Assembly (NCBI GenBank): GCA_964521295.1
Contig: CAZFRF010000001.1
Span: 705,016-769,015, forward strand
Source: an uncultured Gammaproteobacteria bacterium
GTDB taxonomy: Bacteria > Patescibacteriota > Microgenomatia > Levybacterales > UBA12049
Length of the DNA stretch: 64,000 nt
Direction of reading: 5' to 3'
Position 1 is the first letter of the stretch; every line of letters begins with the position of its first letter. This document shows positions 1 to 9,604 of the stretch, piece after piece. Under the pieces are notes generated by a model, which saw nothing but the letters and a program-made list of their open reading frames with translations, was not told where the DNA came from and did no database searches. Made by a program: the position numbers and the translations under genes.

Positions 1-1659
1 GATTCATTTCAGAATTAAGAAACACAGCACTTGCAGCAGCACTTTTTGAAAAATCAATATCAAAGTTACTGTCTCTTAAGTACCAATTAACTGAGGGCAA
101 ATACCTTCTAACTGCAAATGGTGGCTCAACATGTGTTTTTAATTGCCCGTCCGCATCGTATACATCATAAATTTTAAACTCCTTAACTTTTCCGCTATCT
201 AGTTTTAATATTCCATATGAGCCTATAAATCCTCCGGTTGGTCTCAATTCCATGTTGTTCTGCAAAAGCACCATGTAGGTTTTGGGCTTATTAAAACCTA
301 GTATCTCTGGCCACAAGTCAACGGTTGTCGAACCAAGTTTTATTATTCCACCCAACTTTTCATCAATAGACTTTGGTATATTCCCATTCTCTTTTTGTTT
401 TTGATAAGTGATTAATGAGATTTTTAAATTTTGTAAGAGTTCTAGAAATTCTTCTTTATCATTTGCGCTTTTAGTAAACAAAGACTTCAACTTATCAACT
501 CCTGACAAAAGCGAAGCAGCAGAATTTGAAAGCTCAATTCCCTGATCCAGCTTGTCTGACACTTGCTCCACTTCAGACTCCTTCCCTATAATCCTTGCCT
601 CTTTTATTAAAAGCGTTGTTGAAAGCTTGGCATAGCTCAAAAATTGACTAGCCATAACAGCATCGTTTTTTGCATAATTTAACTTTTGATATTGAATATT
701 TGTTTTTAGATTTTGCAAACTATATAACCCAAGTGCGGAAAAAAGTGCAGTAGACAACAACGGAATTAAAATAAAAAAACCCATGATAAGTATTGTTGCT
801 GAAAATAAATACTTTAATTTAAAATCATACACAACCCCCTTTTGCTCCCTCACTCTCCTAATTTCAGTTATTACATTTGATGACAAATCTAATTTTTTAA
901 TTTTACTTGCTAAATCATATTCATCTCCAAACAGATATTCTCCTTCTGGCAATATATTTTTACTTATTTTTATTTTTTTTGCCTTTATAAAATCTATTTT
1001 TATATCGGGATTTTGCTTTTGAAATATATGCGCTAAGGTTAATAATGTGGGCCGATTTTTTGGCATCAACCAATAATAATTATTACTATCATTTTCTACG
1101 AATCCTATCTGCAAAATACCATCTACAGCATCGTCAATAAAAACAGGTTCCGTTTGCCTTGTCCCGTCTCCCTCTACCTCTATTTGTCGATTGGTTTTTA
1201 TTTGCTTAATAAATTTATTTATATCCGTAGTAGAATCAAAAAGAATATCTTTGCTAAAAATGTCCCCTACTACAATTAGTTTTGCATTTTTGTAAAATGA
1301 AATATACTTTCTAACAAATTTTTCGTCTATACAATACTTATTTGTAACTAATATCAAACGCGAGGCATCATGCTCGGCCTTATCCAAAAAAGAGCCAATA
1401 AAACTATTGGAAATTTTGCCATACTCGTCAATTACAAAGATATGGGAATAAGAATTATCAGGAATTGTAGGAACAGACTTTATAAAAGGTACGTGGACAA
1501 CATTATCCAGATCAATTTTTTTAGAACTAACAAAAATTACTAAAGCCTGTTTATTTAGAAGTAATGCTAATTTTTCTCCCAATTCCCCAACCTTATCTAC
1601 TATTAAAATTGGCAAATCTTGTTTTTTTGATAAAAAAGTACTGGCAGAAATACTCACAT
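1..1659 (-). CDS. DUF4012-like membrane protein, 3' partial (runs off the window start). It has a cytoplasmic N-terminal domain, one TM, and an extracellular domain with an RPTGGFIGSYG motif.
   Basis: Hand translation of the minus strand from the ATG at 1659 gives one uninterrupted frame down to position 1. The motif LLQNNMELRPTGGFIGSYG is recalled as typical of DUF4012. A TM segment ILIMGFFILIPLLSTALFSALGLY sits mid-protein. The ORF is absent from the ORF track because it is open at the window edge. Confidence 0.55.
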
Positions 1660-1675
1660 AAATATTGTAATTTTT

Positions 1676-2098
1676 CTAAATTACATTGTCCAGCGCGAGG
1701 TTAACAAGACGATCAGCTTTTTTGTTATTTTCCCTTGGCACATGCGCATAATTGACTTTTAAGCCAAGTTCTTTTTCCTTTGCTTTTATTTGTAATAATA
1801 TTTCCCTTAATTTCAAATTTTTAACTCTATATAATCCGATAAGCTGAGAATACGCTAACTGTGAATCCATAAAAAAATAAATTTCAGCTCCAGGACCCAG
1901 ATTTACTACGTTACTCAAAAGCCAGTCAAAAGCTTCAAGTATCGCTGAGTACTCAGCGATATTATTGGTGGTTATTCCAAGCCTCTTACCGATTCCAGCA
2001 AGCGTTTTTCCAGATTCGTCCTCAATATGAACTCCCAAAGCGCTTGGACCTGGATTTCCGCGTGATCCCCCATCCGTATAAATATAAACTTTATTCAT
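1676..2098 (-). CDS. rnhA: Ribonuclease HI
   Basis: N-terminus is YIYTDGGSRGNPGPSALGV, the canonical RNase H fold start with catalytic Asp. The length of about 140 aa fits. Confidence 0.8.
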   Translation of the reverse strand: MNKVYIYTDGGSRGNPGPSALGVHIEDESGKTLAGIGKRLGITTNNIAEYSAILEAFDWLLSNVVNLGPGAEIYFFMDSQLAYSQLIGLYRVKNLKLREILLQIKAKEKELGLKVNYAHVPRENNKKADRLVNLALDNVI

Positions 2099-3314
2099 TA
2101 AAATATTTTCTTTCCTGTATCAATTTAATAAAAAGCAAACTCAAGACTATTCCCTCTGACAACACTGTAATTATAGCTGATCCCATGTAGGAAAATACAG
2201 GGATATAGATAATATTTAAAACTATATTCACGATCAAAGATAGACCGTAAATATATAACAAATATTTTTGTTTTTCCAAAGCAATTAATACCCACTGCAA
2301 AAAACTGGATAAGAAAAAAAGCGGCAAAGATAAAAGTAAAACCTTAAACGGAAGTGAACTTTCCAAAAACTCTGGCTTAATTAAACTAAACAACGGAGTC
2401 GCAAACCAGAATGGAACTATTAATAGCATTGAGGACAATAAAAATACAAACATATATTTCTTGACAAAATTCATAAACATAAGTTTGTTACTCCTGTAGG
2501 CTAACAAATGAGGATAAATCGAATTGGATAAAAACAATGGAATAGCAATTAAAAAATCAAAAAACTTATACGCCAGGCCATAAACCCCCACCGCACTCGA
2601 ATCAGACAACACTGACAATAAAACCGTATCAATTCTAAAATAAATAAAATTAAAAACCAACATTAATCCAAGTGGTATGGCGGAAAAAATTTCCTGCTTG
2701 TATGCTTTTATATTTAAAGTTATTTTTAGTTTTTCTTCTTTTATGAACAGGAAGAATAATAAGCTACTGATTATTCCTCCGAATAAAAATGCAATGAAAA
2801 CGTAAAAAAGAGAAAAATTTAAGAATGCAAATGTGAAAACTAGTATTAGATTAACCAATGCTCCCCCTACTACTCCTAGAAGATAATGGAGATAACTAAG
2901 TTTCTTTTGAAAGTAATACCCCGCGCTATACAAAACACTTTGTGCAAAAAAAGAAAACGAATATATAAAGATGGCCATCTTTAATGTTAATGAAAATCCC
3001 TTACCCAACTCACCATCATAGGGTAAAAATAAAACAGAAAGATTACAAATCAAAAACAAGACAAGTGCAAAAATTAACCTTACTGACAAAATATCCTTAA
3101 ACTGTTTCGCATTGTCTTTTAAAAAGACTGCATTCAAACCGAAGTCTACAAACAAATAAAAAACAGATACAAAGGCTGTGACCTTTGTAAAGTCTCCATA
3201 ACCTAATACGCCAAACTCTCTTGCTATAATTAGAGTTATTAAAAATCCTACAAATGAGGTTATTAGTCTTGCAAGTGCCTGATAGAAAGTGTTAGTAAAT
3301 ATAAGCCTATGCAT
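2091..3314 (-). CDS. Polytopic membrane protein, probable Wzx/MOP-type oligosaccharide flippase
   Basis: 407 aa with 10 to 12 hydrophobic helices. It sits beside an O-antigen ligase-like gene and a DUF4012 gene. Confidence 0.4.
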   Translation of the reverse strand: MHRLIFTNTFYQALARLITSFVGFLITLIIAREFGVLGYGDFTKVTAFVSVFYLFVDFGLNAVFLKDNAKQFKDILSVRLIFALVLFLICNLSVLFLPYDGELGKGFSLTLKMAIFIYSFSFFAQSVLYSAGYYFQKKLSYLHYLLGVVGGALVNLILVFTFAFLNFSLFYVFIAFLFGGIISSLLFFLFIKEEKLKITLNIKAYKQEIFSAIPLGLMLVFNFIYFRIDTVLLSVLSDSSAVGVYGLAYKFFDFLIAIPLFLSNSIYPHLLAYRSNKLMFMNFVKKYMFVFLLSSMLLIVPFWFATPLFSLIKPEFLESSLPFKVLLLSLPLFFLSSFLQWVLIALEKQKYLLYIYGLSLIVNIVLNIIYIPVFSYMGSAIITVLSEGIVLSLLFIKLIQERKYFNE

Positions 3315-3331
3315 GCTTTTATAATAACAGA

Positions 3332-4657
3332 TTATCCTTCGTCTGACATTATGATCGCAACTGCTAACACAAAGAGGAGTTGTCCTTGTTGAAGAGTTAA
3401 TAAATAGTGATCAAAACTGCCTAATACAATAAGTGAAATAATGAGCATTAGAAAGTAAATATTTTTAGCATTACTAATCACTTTTTTAAAAAGAAAAATA
3501 AAAGCTGCAAATCCAACAATACCTGTTTCAGCTAAAATTAAAAGAAAAATATTATGAACCGGCTGCAATTGTCCGGGAGACAAAAAAGCTTTCCCTAAGT
3601 TAGGAATAAAATTTCCCAGACCTACTCCAAACACTGGGCTTTTAAAAAACATCTCAAGCGCTTCTTTTACAAAAAGGGTTCTTTGCAATATTGATTCATC
3701 AGTTAACCTGATGCCTAAAAATCTTTGAATAAATAAATTATTATTTTCAAAAATAAAATAAACAAGAGCTAGAGAAAGCCCGGCCATTAAGGCATAAATC
3801 AAATACCTAGGATTTGATTTACCTTTCTTATATTTTTCGAAAATCGTAATGCAAAAGAATATCGCAATACTGATTAGAAAAACCAATATACCCACACGCG
3901 ATAAGGAGACAAAGATTCCTATGGCGGCAAATAAAATAACTATAATATTTATCTTCTTAACTGAGCGCTGTAAGAAAAACAAATAAAACACAACAACTAT
4001 GTTTAAATATCCTGCCAAAACATTGGGGTGGGAAAATGTTGCATAGGGCCTGAGGACTAATGCTCCATTTATCGATGCGTTTGCGACTCCCGGCGTCTGA
4101 CCATTAAAAACTCTTTCTCCTAATATATAAAATATGCCTTGAAAAGATCCTTGATTTAAATACTGAAAAATTGCAAGTAAAGACTCAGATACAACCCCCA
4201 CACCAAAGCATGTTGCCAAAACCCGCTTACTTAAACTCTTGAAATTAATTACCGCAAAAAAACCTAAGTAACTAAATTCGATGAATTTTATTAAAATATA
4301 TAATCCAGCCTGATAATTTATTGACGCAAAAACTCCAACTAGTAAAAATAGCAAAAGAAGTAAATATAAAAACAAATTTTTTTTATATTTATTAAGGAGT
4401 ATGTGCAGAATATTTTTAAAGCTGAAAAGAAAAATTCCTAAAATTAAAATGTCGGTAAAATAAAAAGTAGGGGAGAGATAATCGATTCTTAATCCTTTTA
4501 CAAAAGAGAAGTCCATAAAAAAATGCTTGCCAAATTGTGTTGGTAAAAAAAGAACTAAGAGGTAAAAAAGAAGTCGAGAAACCTTATCTTGGTCTAATAA
4601 CCAAAACCCTGTCTCTACCTTCGCCGTTAGATTCTGAAACAACTTCTTTATCATCAA
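3332..4657 (-). CDS. O-antigen ligase (Wzy_C) family membrane protein. The start is uncertain because it overlaps the jag 3' end.
   Basis: Polytopic membrane protein with PTQFGKHFF near the N-terminus and a RPYATFSHPNVLAGYL loop. The H-N-x-x-L motif is typical of the O-antigen ligase family. Confidence 0.5.
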   Translation of the reverse strand: MMIKKLFQNLTAKVETGFWLLDQDKVSRLLFYLLVLFLPTQFGKHFFMDFSFVKGLRIDYLSPTFYFTDILILGIFLFSFKNILHILLNKYKKNLFLYLLLLLFLLVGVFASINYQAGLYILIKFIEFSYLGFFAVINFKSLSKRVLATCFGVGVVSESLLAIFQYLNQGSFQGIFYILGERVFNGQTPGVANASINGALVLRPYATFSHPNVLAGYLNIVVVFYLFFLQRSVKKINIIVILFAAIGIFVSLSRVGILVFLISIAIFFCITIFEKYKKGKSNPRYLIYALMAGLSLALVYFIFENNNLFIQRFLGIRLTDESILQRTLFVKEALEMFFKSPVFGVGLGNFIPNLGKAFLSPGQLQPVHNIFLLILAETGIVGFAAFIFLFKKVISNAKNIYFLMLIISLIVLGSFDHYLLTLQQGQLLFVLAVAIIMSDEG

Positions 4658-5012
4658 CTAGTAACATATGTATAACTCTTCTCTCCCAAGCTTTCAAGTC
4701 AGAAAGCACAACCTCTCTTTGTTGAGAAATTGCTTTTTCCTTAGAAGATGCAGCAAGATTATTTAGCCAATCTTCACGATTCTTTTTATAGTCTCCAACC
4801 TCAATTGACACTCTCTTAAAAACACCGTTGCTTTTAGCAAGCATAAGAGAAAGCACAAGCTGCAAAGCCTCTAGGGTTTCCCCATGATATCCAATAATCA
4901 TTCCACTATCTTCTGTTTCTAATACCAAGCTAATTTCTTCCTCGGTCTCAGAAAGATCAAAATTAGTATCGATTCCTAAGTTAACAAAAAATTCTTTTAT
5001 TTGTTTTTCCAT
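4584..5012 (-). CDS. jag: Jag/KhpB-like RNA-binding protein (KH plus R3H)
   Basis: It sits immediately downstream of yidC, the canonical position. It has IIGYHGETLEALQ and R3H-like motifs. Confidence 0.6.
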   Translation of the reverse strand: MEKQIKEFFVNLGIDTNFDLSETEEEISLVLETEDSGMIIGYHGETLEALQLVLSLMLAKSNGVFKRVSIEVGDYKKNREDWLNNLAASSKEKAISQQREVVLSDLKAWERRVIHMLLVDDKEVVSESNGEGRDRVLVIRPR

Positions 5013-5794
5013 TTTTTAATCCAATCCTCAAGGCCACCTAGCCCTGAAATTTTGTATTGCTGTATGATACCAAAAATCGTGAAAGTATTCCAGTATAAAG
5101 ATAAACCGATAGGGAAGTTATAAGACAAGAATCCAATCATTACAGGGAAAATATAAAGAGACTGTGTTTGGAATGCAGTTGCAAAATCATCTGGCTTTTT
5201 CTTCTCTTTGGGATCTTTCTTAACACCTGCTGGCATCATCATCTTTGACTGAATAAACTGGAAAACGCCTGTTAAGATTGGTATTAACAAAGCAACTCCT
5301 CCTAGTTGAGCAGGTGTCCCAGCCAAAGAAAGTCCAAAAAAATTAGTGTCCCATGGTTTTGTTAATCTGAGAGAGTCTGAATAAAGAACATGATTAATTT
5401 GTGTTGTTGAATATTTAACTATATCCTGCAAAACACCATACAAAGCCCAAATTAATGGTAGCTGCAAAAGAATAGGTAAACAGCCTGCGGCTGGATTTAT
5501 TCCAAATTCTTTATAAAGCTTCATTGTTTCTGCTTGCAATGTTTTTGCATCGCCCTTATGTTTTTCTTTTAACTTGGCAATATGAGGGGCAACTTCCTGC
5601 ATTTTTTTAGATGCTTTTAATTGAGATGCTGTAAGAGGATATAAAACAATTCTAATAAAAATTGTTAAAACTATTATTGAAAAACCAAGTGCAAAGGGAA
5701 CATGTAGGAAAAAGAGGGCGTGATAAATTAATACCAAGATATTTAGTATTGGGTGAGATAAAAATAAAAAATTTGATATGGTTGCTTCTGTCAT
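4997..5794 (-). CDS. yidC: Membrane protein insertase YidC (short Gram-positive/CPR type)
   Basis: Motif KLYKEFGINPAAGCLPILLQLPLIWALY. Several TM helices. Operon context rnpA-yidD-yidC-jag. Confidence 0.85.
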   Translation of the reverse strand: MTEATISNFLFLSHPILNILVLIYHALFFLHVPFALGFSIIVLTIFIRIVLYPLTASQLKASKKMQEVAPHIAKLKEKHKGDAKTLQAETMKLYKEFGINPAAGCLPILLQLPLIWALYGVLQDIVKYSTTQINHVLYSDSLRLTKPWDTNFFGLSLAGTPAQLGGVALLIPILTGVFQFIQSKMMMPAGVKKDPKEKKKPDDFATAFQTQSLYIFPVMIGFLSYNFPIGLSLYWNTFTIFGIIQQYKISGLGGLEDWIKKWKNK

Positions 5795-6006
5795 ACTGCT
5801 TTATTATAAAATGGCTGGCATTTTAATAATCTTATTAACGAAAGGTACCCGCCATAGATTATACCTTTTTCTTGAATTTTTTGCTTTGCGTATTCTGAGC
5901 AGGTGGGCGAGAACCTACAGATCTCATTTTGTCCAAAGACTTGCTTTAACAAATTTGAAAAAAGCGCCTGATATATGTTTATTAAAAAAACTGCAATTTT
6001 TTTCAT
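5791..6006 (-). CDS. yidD: Membrane protein insertion efficiency factor YidD
   Basis: Motifs CRFSPTCSEYA and GGYLSLIRLLKCQPF are typical of YidD. It is 71 aa and lies between rnpA and yidC. Confidence 0.85.
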   Translation of the reverse strand: MKKIAVFLINIYQALFSNLLKQVFGQNEICRFSPTCSEYAKQKIQEKGIIYGGYLSLIRLLKCQPFYNKAV

Positions 6007-6326
6007 TTCAAAAGCTTTAATTTTATAAATCCTTCTTCCAAAATTTTGTCAAGCTCCTGTTCCTTTTCCAGAATCTGGGCCCTTGCGACTATTACCACTT
6101 TGGATCCTTGATTAAAATTAGGCAGCATCTCTTCGACAAATCTTGCCATTTTCCTTTTAAGCCTATTTCTAACCACCGCTCTTTTATCTATCTTTTTAGA
6201 AATAATAAAACCAAACTTTGAATCTCCTGTTGCTTGGGTAGAGCTAATAGTCAAAAAAGGGGAGCTATATATTCTTGCTCCCGCTTCCTTTTTAAAACTT
6301 ACAAGACGACTAGATTTTTTTAACAT
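6003..6326 (-). CDS. rnpA: RNase P protein component
   Basis: 107 aa basic protein containing RLKRKMAR. It sits between rpmH and yidD. Confidence 0.8.
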   Translation of the reverse strand: MLKKSSRLVSFKKEAGARIYSSPFLTISSTQATGDSKFGFIISKKIDKRAVVRNRLKRKMARFVEEMLPNFNQGSKVVIVARAQILEKEQELDKILEEGFIKLKLLK

Positions 6327-6329
6327 TTA

Positions 6330-6464
6330 TTAAACCGTTAAGCTTAGTCTGCCTTTTTTCCTTCGATTTTTTAAGGTTTTTCTTCCGTCATTAGACTTGG
6401 ATCTTTTTAAGAATCCGTGTGTTCTTGCTCTTTTGCCTTTTTTAAGAGTTCTAAATTTTTCCAT
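6330..6464 (-). CDS. rpmH: 50S ribosomal protein L34
   Basis: Hand translation gives MEKFRTLKKGKRARTHGFLKRSKSNDGRKTLKNRRKKGRLSLTV (44 aa), the classic L34 sequence. It falls below the ORF-track length cutoff. Confidence 0.85.
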   Translation of the reverse strand: MEKFRTLKKGKRARTHGFLKRSKSNDGRKTLKNRRKKGRLSLTV

Positions 6465-6552
6465 TAAAGGTAATTATAGCAAAAACTGCTTAAATATTAA
6501 AGGTATTTTAAAAACGATCTAGTTTTATCTACTTATTCATCTTGACAAAAAG

Positions 6553-6561
6553 TTATCCACA
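6553..6561 (+). promoter_or_regulatory. Perfect consensus DnaA box TTATCCACA upstream of dnaA, in the oriC-side rpmH-dnaA intergenic region
   Basis: Exact 9-mer TTATCCACA sits 20 bp upstream of the dnaA ATG in an AT-rich stretch. A TTGACA -35-like hexamer lies at 6542-6547. Confidence 0.6.
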
Positions 6562-6580
6562 TTATTAAACTGCCACTACT

Positions 6581-7939
6581 ATGGATCTTAACCAAATTTG
6601 GAAAACTGTGCTCTCAGAAATCGAAATTGAAATTTCAAAAGCCAATTTTTTAACACTTTTTAAATCAACCTCGCTTTTATCTCTTGATGACAACGTCGCA
6701 ACAGTTGCGGCGCCATCCGTGATGATTATTGATCTTTTACAGAGAAAGTTCTATGGAATAATTAAAGCCTCGCTCGATAAACACACGGGAAAAGATGTAA
6801 AAATTACCTTTGTTCCTAAAGCTGCTGTGAACATTATCAAAACAGAGGAGGGGACAGACACTTTGTTCTCTACGCAATCGGCTGATAAACCAAAACAAAC
6901 AGTTGGTCATCTCCCTAGAGTCAGAGCGGATTATACTTTTGAAAACATGGCCGTTTCTTCAAGCAACCAACTCGCTTTTGTTTCAGCCACAACCGTTGCT
7001 AAAAACCCCGGAACAACCTATAACCCTCTTTTTATCTACGGCCCTGTAGGAGTAGGAAAAACTCATTTAATGCATGCCATTGCAAACGAGGTTTATGTCA
7101 ATAACCCACAAAGTAAAATCGCATATATTACCAGCGAGGAATTTACGAATGACGTAGTAGAGGCAATCAGGGGCAACAGCACAGCAAGCATGAAAAGAAG
7201 ATTTAGAGAACTTGATCTTTTAATCATCGATGATATTCAATTTGTCGCAGGCAAAGAAAGGGTTCAAGAGGAGCTTTTCCACACTTTCAACGCCCTGGTC
7301 GATCAAGGTGCACAAATCGTTTTATCCTCAGACAGACCACCTTCGGAGATAAAACAGGTAGAAAAAAGGCTTTTATCCAGATTCTCAGGGGGACTTACTG
7401 TTGATGTTGAATCCCCAGATTTTGAACTAAGAACCGCAATCCTTTTAATAAAAGCAAAAAAATATGGCGTTGGACTATCCATTGAACTAGCCAAGTTAAT
7501 TGCGCAAAAATCTCAAGACGCCCGAGGAATTGAGGGACTCTTATTAAGAATAATGACACAGGCTCAAGCTGAGGGAGAGAACAATATTACAGAAAATGCT
7601 GTTTACTCTGTACTCGCCATCTCAAAAGAAGAAAAGCCTGCTAATCAGCATCCCGATGAAATCATTGAGGGCGTTTGCTCCTTCTACAATGTCAAATTAA
7701 CTCAAATAAAAAGCGCCAAAAGAGACGCTTTCCTTGTAAGACCTAGGCAGGTGGCAATGTTTCTATTAAAGAAAAAGCTTAACCTAACCTTCGTTGAAAT
7801 TGGCAACCTTTTGGGCGGCAGAGATCATACCACGGTTATGCACGGTGTGGAAAAAGTGGAAAAAATGTTGGAAAGTGCACAAATCTCGGAGGATATCTTG
7901 GGGATTGCTAATCTACCAATGGGGAAAACTGTAAATTAA
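6581..7939 (+). CDS. dnaA: Chromosomal replication initiator DnaA
   Basis: Walker A GPVGVGKTH, the box VII region, and a C-terminal DNA-binding domain ending VMHG. Length is 452 aa. Confidence 0.95.
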   Translation: MDLNQIWKTVLSEIEIEISKANFLTLFKSTSLLSLDDNVATVAAPSVMIIDLLQRKFYGIIKASLDKHTGKDVKITFVPKAAVNIIKTEEGTDTLFSTQSADKPKQTVGHLPRVRADYTFENMAVSSSNQLAFVSATTVAKNPGTTYNPLFIYGPVGVGKTHLMHAIANEVYVNNPQSKIAYITSEEFTNDVVEAIRGNSTASMKRRFRELDLLIIDDIQFVAGKERVQEELFHTFNALVDQGAQIVLSSDRPPSEIKQVEKRLLSRFSGGLTVDVESPDFELRTAILLIKAKKYGVGLSIELAKLIAQKSQDARGIEGLLLRIMTQAQAEGENNITENAVYSVLAISKEEKPANQHPDEIIEGVCSFYNVKLTQIKSAKRDAFLVRPRQVAMFLLKKKLNLTFVEIGNLLGGRDHTTVMHGVEKVEKMLESAQISEDILGIANLPMGKTVN

Positions 7940-7952
7940 AAGCAGCATGGGT

Positions 7953-7984
7953 TTATCAACAATTTGTCCACATTTTTATCCACT
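7953..7984 (+). promoter_or_regulatory. Cluster of three DnaA-box-like 9-mers in the dnaA-dnaN intergenic region, a candidate oriC core
   Basis: TTATCAACA (7953-7961), TTGTCCACA (7964-7972) and TTATCCACT (7976-7984) follow head to tail. Confidence 0.5.
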
Positions 7985-8065
7985 CCTTTTCAACAAAAAT
8001 TTAGGCACGGCTCCTTGCTTTTTTCCACTTTTCCATATACACTACAACAACTACAAAAATATATT

Positions 8066-9169
8066 ATGTTAGTTTCCGTTCTTTCTGAAAACCTTTCCAA
8101 AAAAATTTCTTTTTTAAACCATGCAATCTCTTCCAGAGCTCAACTCCCTATACTCTCTAATTTTCTAATTGAGGCAAAAGACAATAAATTGGTACTTAGT
8201 GCAACCGATCTAGAGATAGGAATAATCGTAAGTTTTGCGGCAAATGTTGAGAAAGAGGGAAGCGCTGTTATTCCAGCGAGGAACTTCTTGGATTTAGTCA
8301 CAAATATTGGAAATAAAAAAATTACTTTAGAATTAATAGACGGTGTGGTTAAGTTAAAAGGGGATAAGGTTAAGGCATCTTTTCCAACCGTTCCTGCAGA
8401 AGACTTCCCAAAGATATATGAATCTAAGGGTAGCCATTTTCTAAAACTTAGCAAAAAAGACATTGAGACATTCTTTCTAAGAACAGCTTTTTCAGTTTCT
8501 GTTGATTCTTCAAGGGTTTCTTTAACAGGGCTTTTGCTGGAAGCTCAGAAGGAGGGTTTAGTCTTGGTGTCGACTGATCAGTATAGGTTGTCTATGCAAA
8601 AAACACCGTTAACGGCTAAGGAAGAGCTTGAGAAGCCTATTATAGTTCCGGGTAGAGTAATAAAAGAAGTCATGTCAATGAAAGATGATGGAGATGTTGA
8701 TTTTTATATAGCTAAAGACAGTAATCAGATAACTGTTTCCCAAGAAGACGTAATTTTAGTTGGTAGAATAATTGATGAAGATTTCCCTCCATACGGGAAA
8801 ATAATTCCGGCAGAACTGGCAACAAAAACAGAGTTTAATAGAGAAGAGCTTTTAAATGCGGTTAAGATCTGTTCTGTTTTCGCAAGAGAGACGGCAAATG
8901 TAGTAAAGATGTCATTAGAAAAAGATAAAATTATTGTTTCAGCAAACACTCCGGCAGCAGGGGAAGATAGCGTAGAGGTTGATGCTAAAACAACCGGAGA
9001 AGCTAACGAAATTGCTTTTAACGCCAAATATTTGATTGACGTATTGTCTGTTCTAGTTGAGGACGATTTAACCTTCGAGATGAACGGTCCATTGAATTCA
9101 GGAGTTTTTCGAATCGTAAAAGATACTACTTATCTTCATTTAATAATGCCTATTAAGATTCAAGAATAG
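8066..9169 (+). CDS. dnaN: DNA polymerase III beta sliding clamp
   Basis: The beta-clamp three-domain fold begins MLVSVLSENLSKKISFLNHAISSRAQLPILSNFLIEAKDNKL. The ORF-track start at 7964 would read through the DnaA boxes. The internal ATG at 8066 gives a typical 367 aa protein. Confidence 0.85.
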   Translation: MLVSVLSENLSKKISFLNHAISSRAQLPILSNFLIEAKDNKLVLSATDLEIGIIVSFAANVEKEGSAVIPARNFLDLVTNIGNKKITLELIDGVVKLKGDKVKASFPTVPAEDFPKIYESKGSHFLKLSKKDIETFFLRTAFSVSVDSSRVSLTGLLLEAQKEGLVLVSTDQYRLSMQKTPLTAKEELEKPIIVPGRVIKEVMSMKDDGDVDFYIAKDSNQITVSQEDVILVGRIIDEDFPPYGKIIPAELATKTEFNREELLNAVKICSVFARETANVVKMSLEKDKIIVSANTPAAGEDSVEVDAKTTGEANEIAFNAKYLIDVLSVLVEDDLTFEMNGPLNSGVFRIVKDTTYLHLIMPIKIQE

Positions 9170-9604
9170 TTATTTTGAAGAGATTGATAGGTTTTGCAAG
9201 TCTTCTTTTGTTAGATCAAGAGGCTTTAAGAAGGTTTCAAGGTCGCCATCTGCTTGCTGAGGATTGCTAGCATCAAGAGTAAGGTTAAAACTGTCTGTTT
9301 CATATTCATAACTTAGCTCAAAAAATACCCCTTTATGCGGCAATTTTAGCAGAAGACTTCCCAGGTTTCTTTCTTTTTTTGTTTCTTCTACTTCTTGGTT
9401 GGTAAAGTCAACAGAGCTATTTTGATTTGGGACGCTGTTAGGGTTTGTTTGAATCTCTACGCTGGTTGGGGTAGGGAGCGAGGGGTTTTTTGACAAAATA
9501 GGATTATTTGACTGCGAGTTAAAGAATATTAATATCATTAATATTAAATAGACAATTACAATAGTCGAAGCGATAATTAAGAATTTTTTGTTAATATTTA
9601 TCAT
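9170..9604 (-). CDS. Small single-pass membrane or secreted protein, hypothetical, at the last position of the T4SS-like operon
   Basis: N-terminal TM, then a Pro/Ser/Asn-rich segment. No recognisable domain. Confidence 0.3.
   Translation of the reverse strand: MININKKFLIIASTIVIVYLILMILIFFNSQSNNPILSKNPSLPTPTSVEIQTNPNSVPNQNSSVDFTNQEVEETKKERNLGSLLLKLPHKGVFFELSYEYETDSFNLTLDASNPQQADGDLETFLKPLDLTKEDLQNLSISSK

Noticed and set aside
783-1022. 79-aa plus-strand ORF
   Set aside because: It is antisense to the uninterrupted DUF4012 reading frame, with AT-rich low-complexity sequence.
4584-4657. 74-nt overlap between the jag 3' end and the annotated start of the O-antigen-ligase-like gene as evidence of a frameshift
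   Set aside because: It is more simply explained by an alternative downstream start for the ligase gene, or by a real overlap in a compact genome. No disrupted motif was seen.
7964-8065. Extended N-terminus of dnaN given by the ORF track (start 7964)
   Set aside because: The extension would be translated across three DnaA-box-like 9-mers and adds a non-conserved 34-aa leader. The internal ATG at 8066 gives a canonical beta clamp.
8140-9027. Minus-strand ORFs inside dnaN, and similar antisense ORFs inside virB4 (12071-12571, 12905-13162), nrdJ, PBPs and others
   Set aside because: They are antisense to strongly supported genes with recognisable motifs. No independent evidence.
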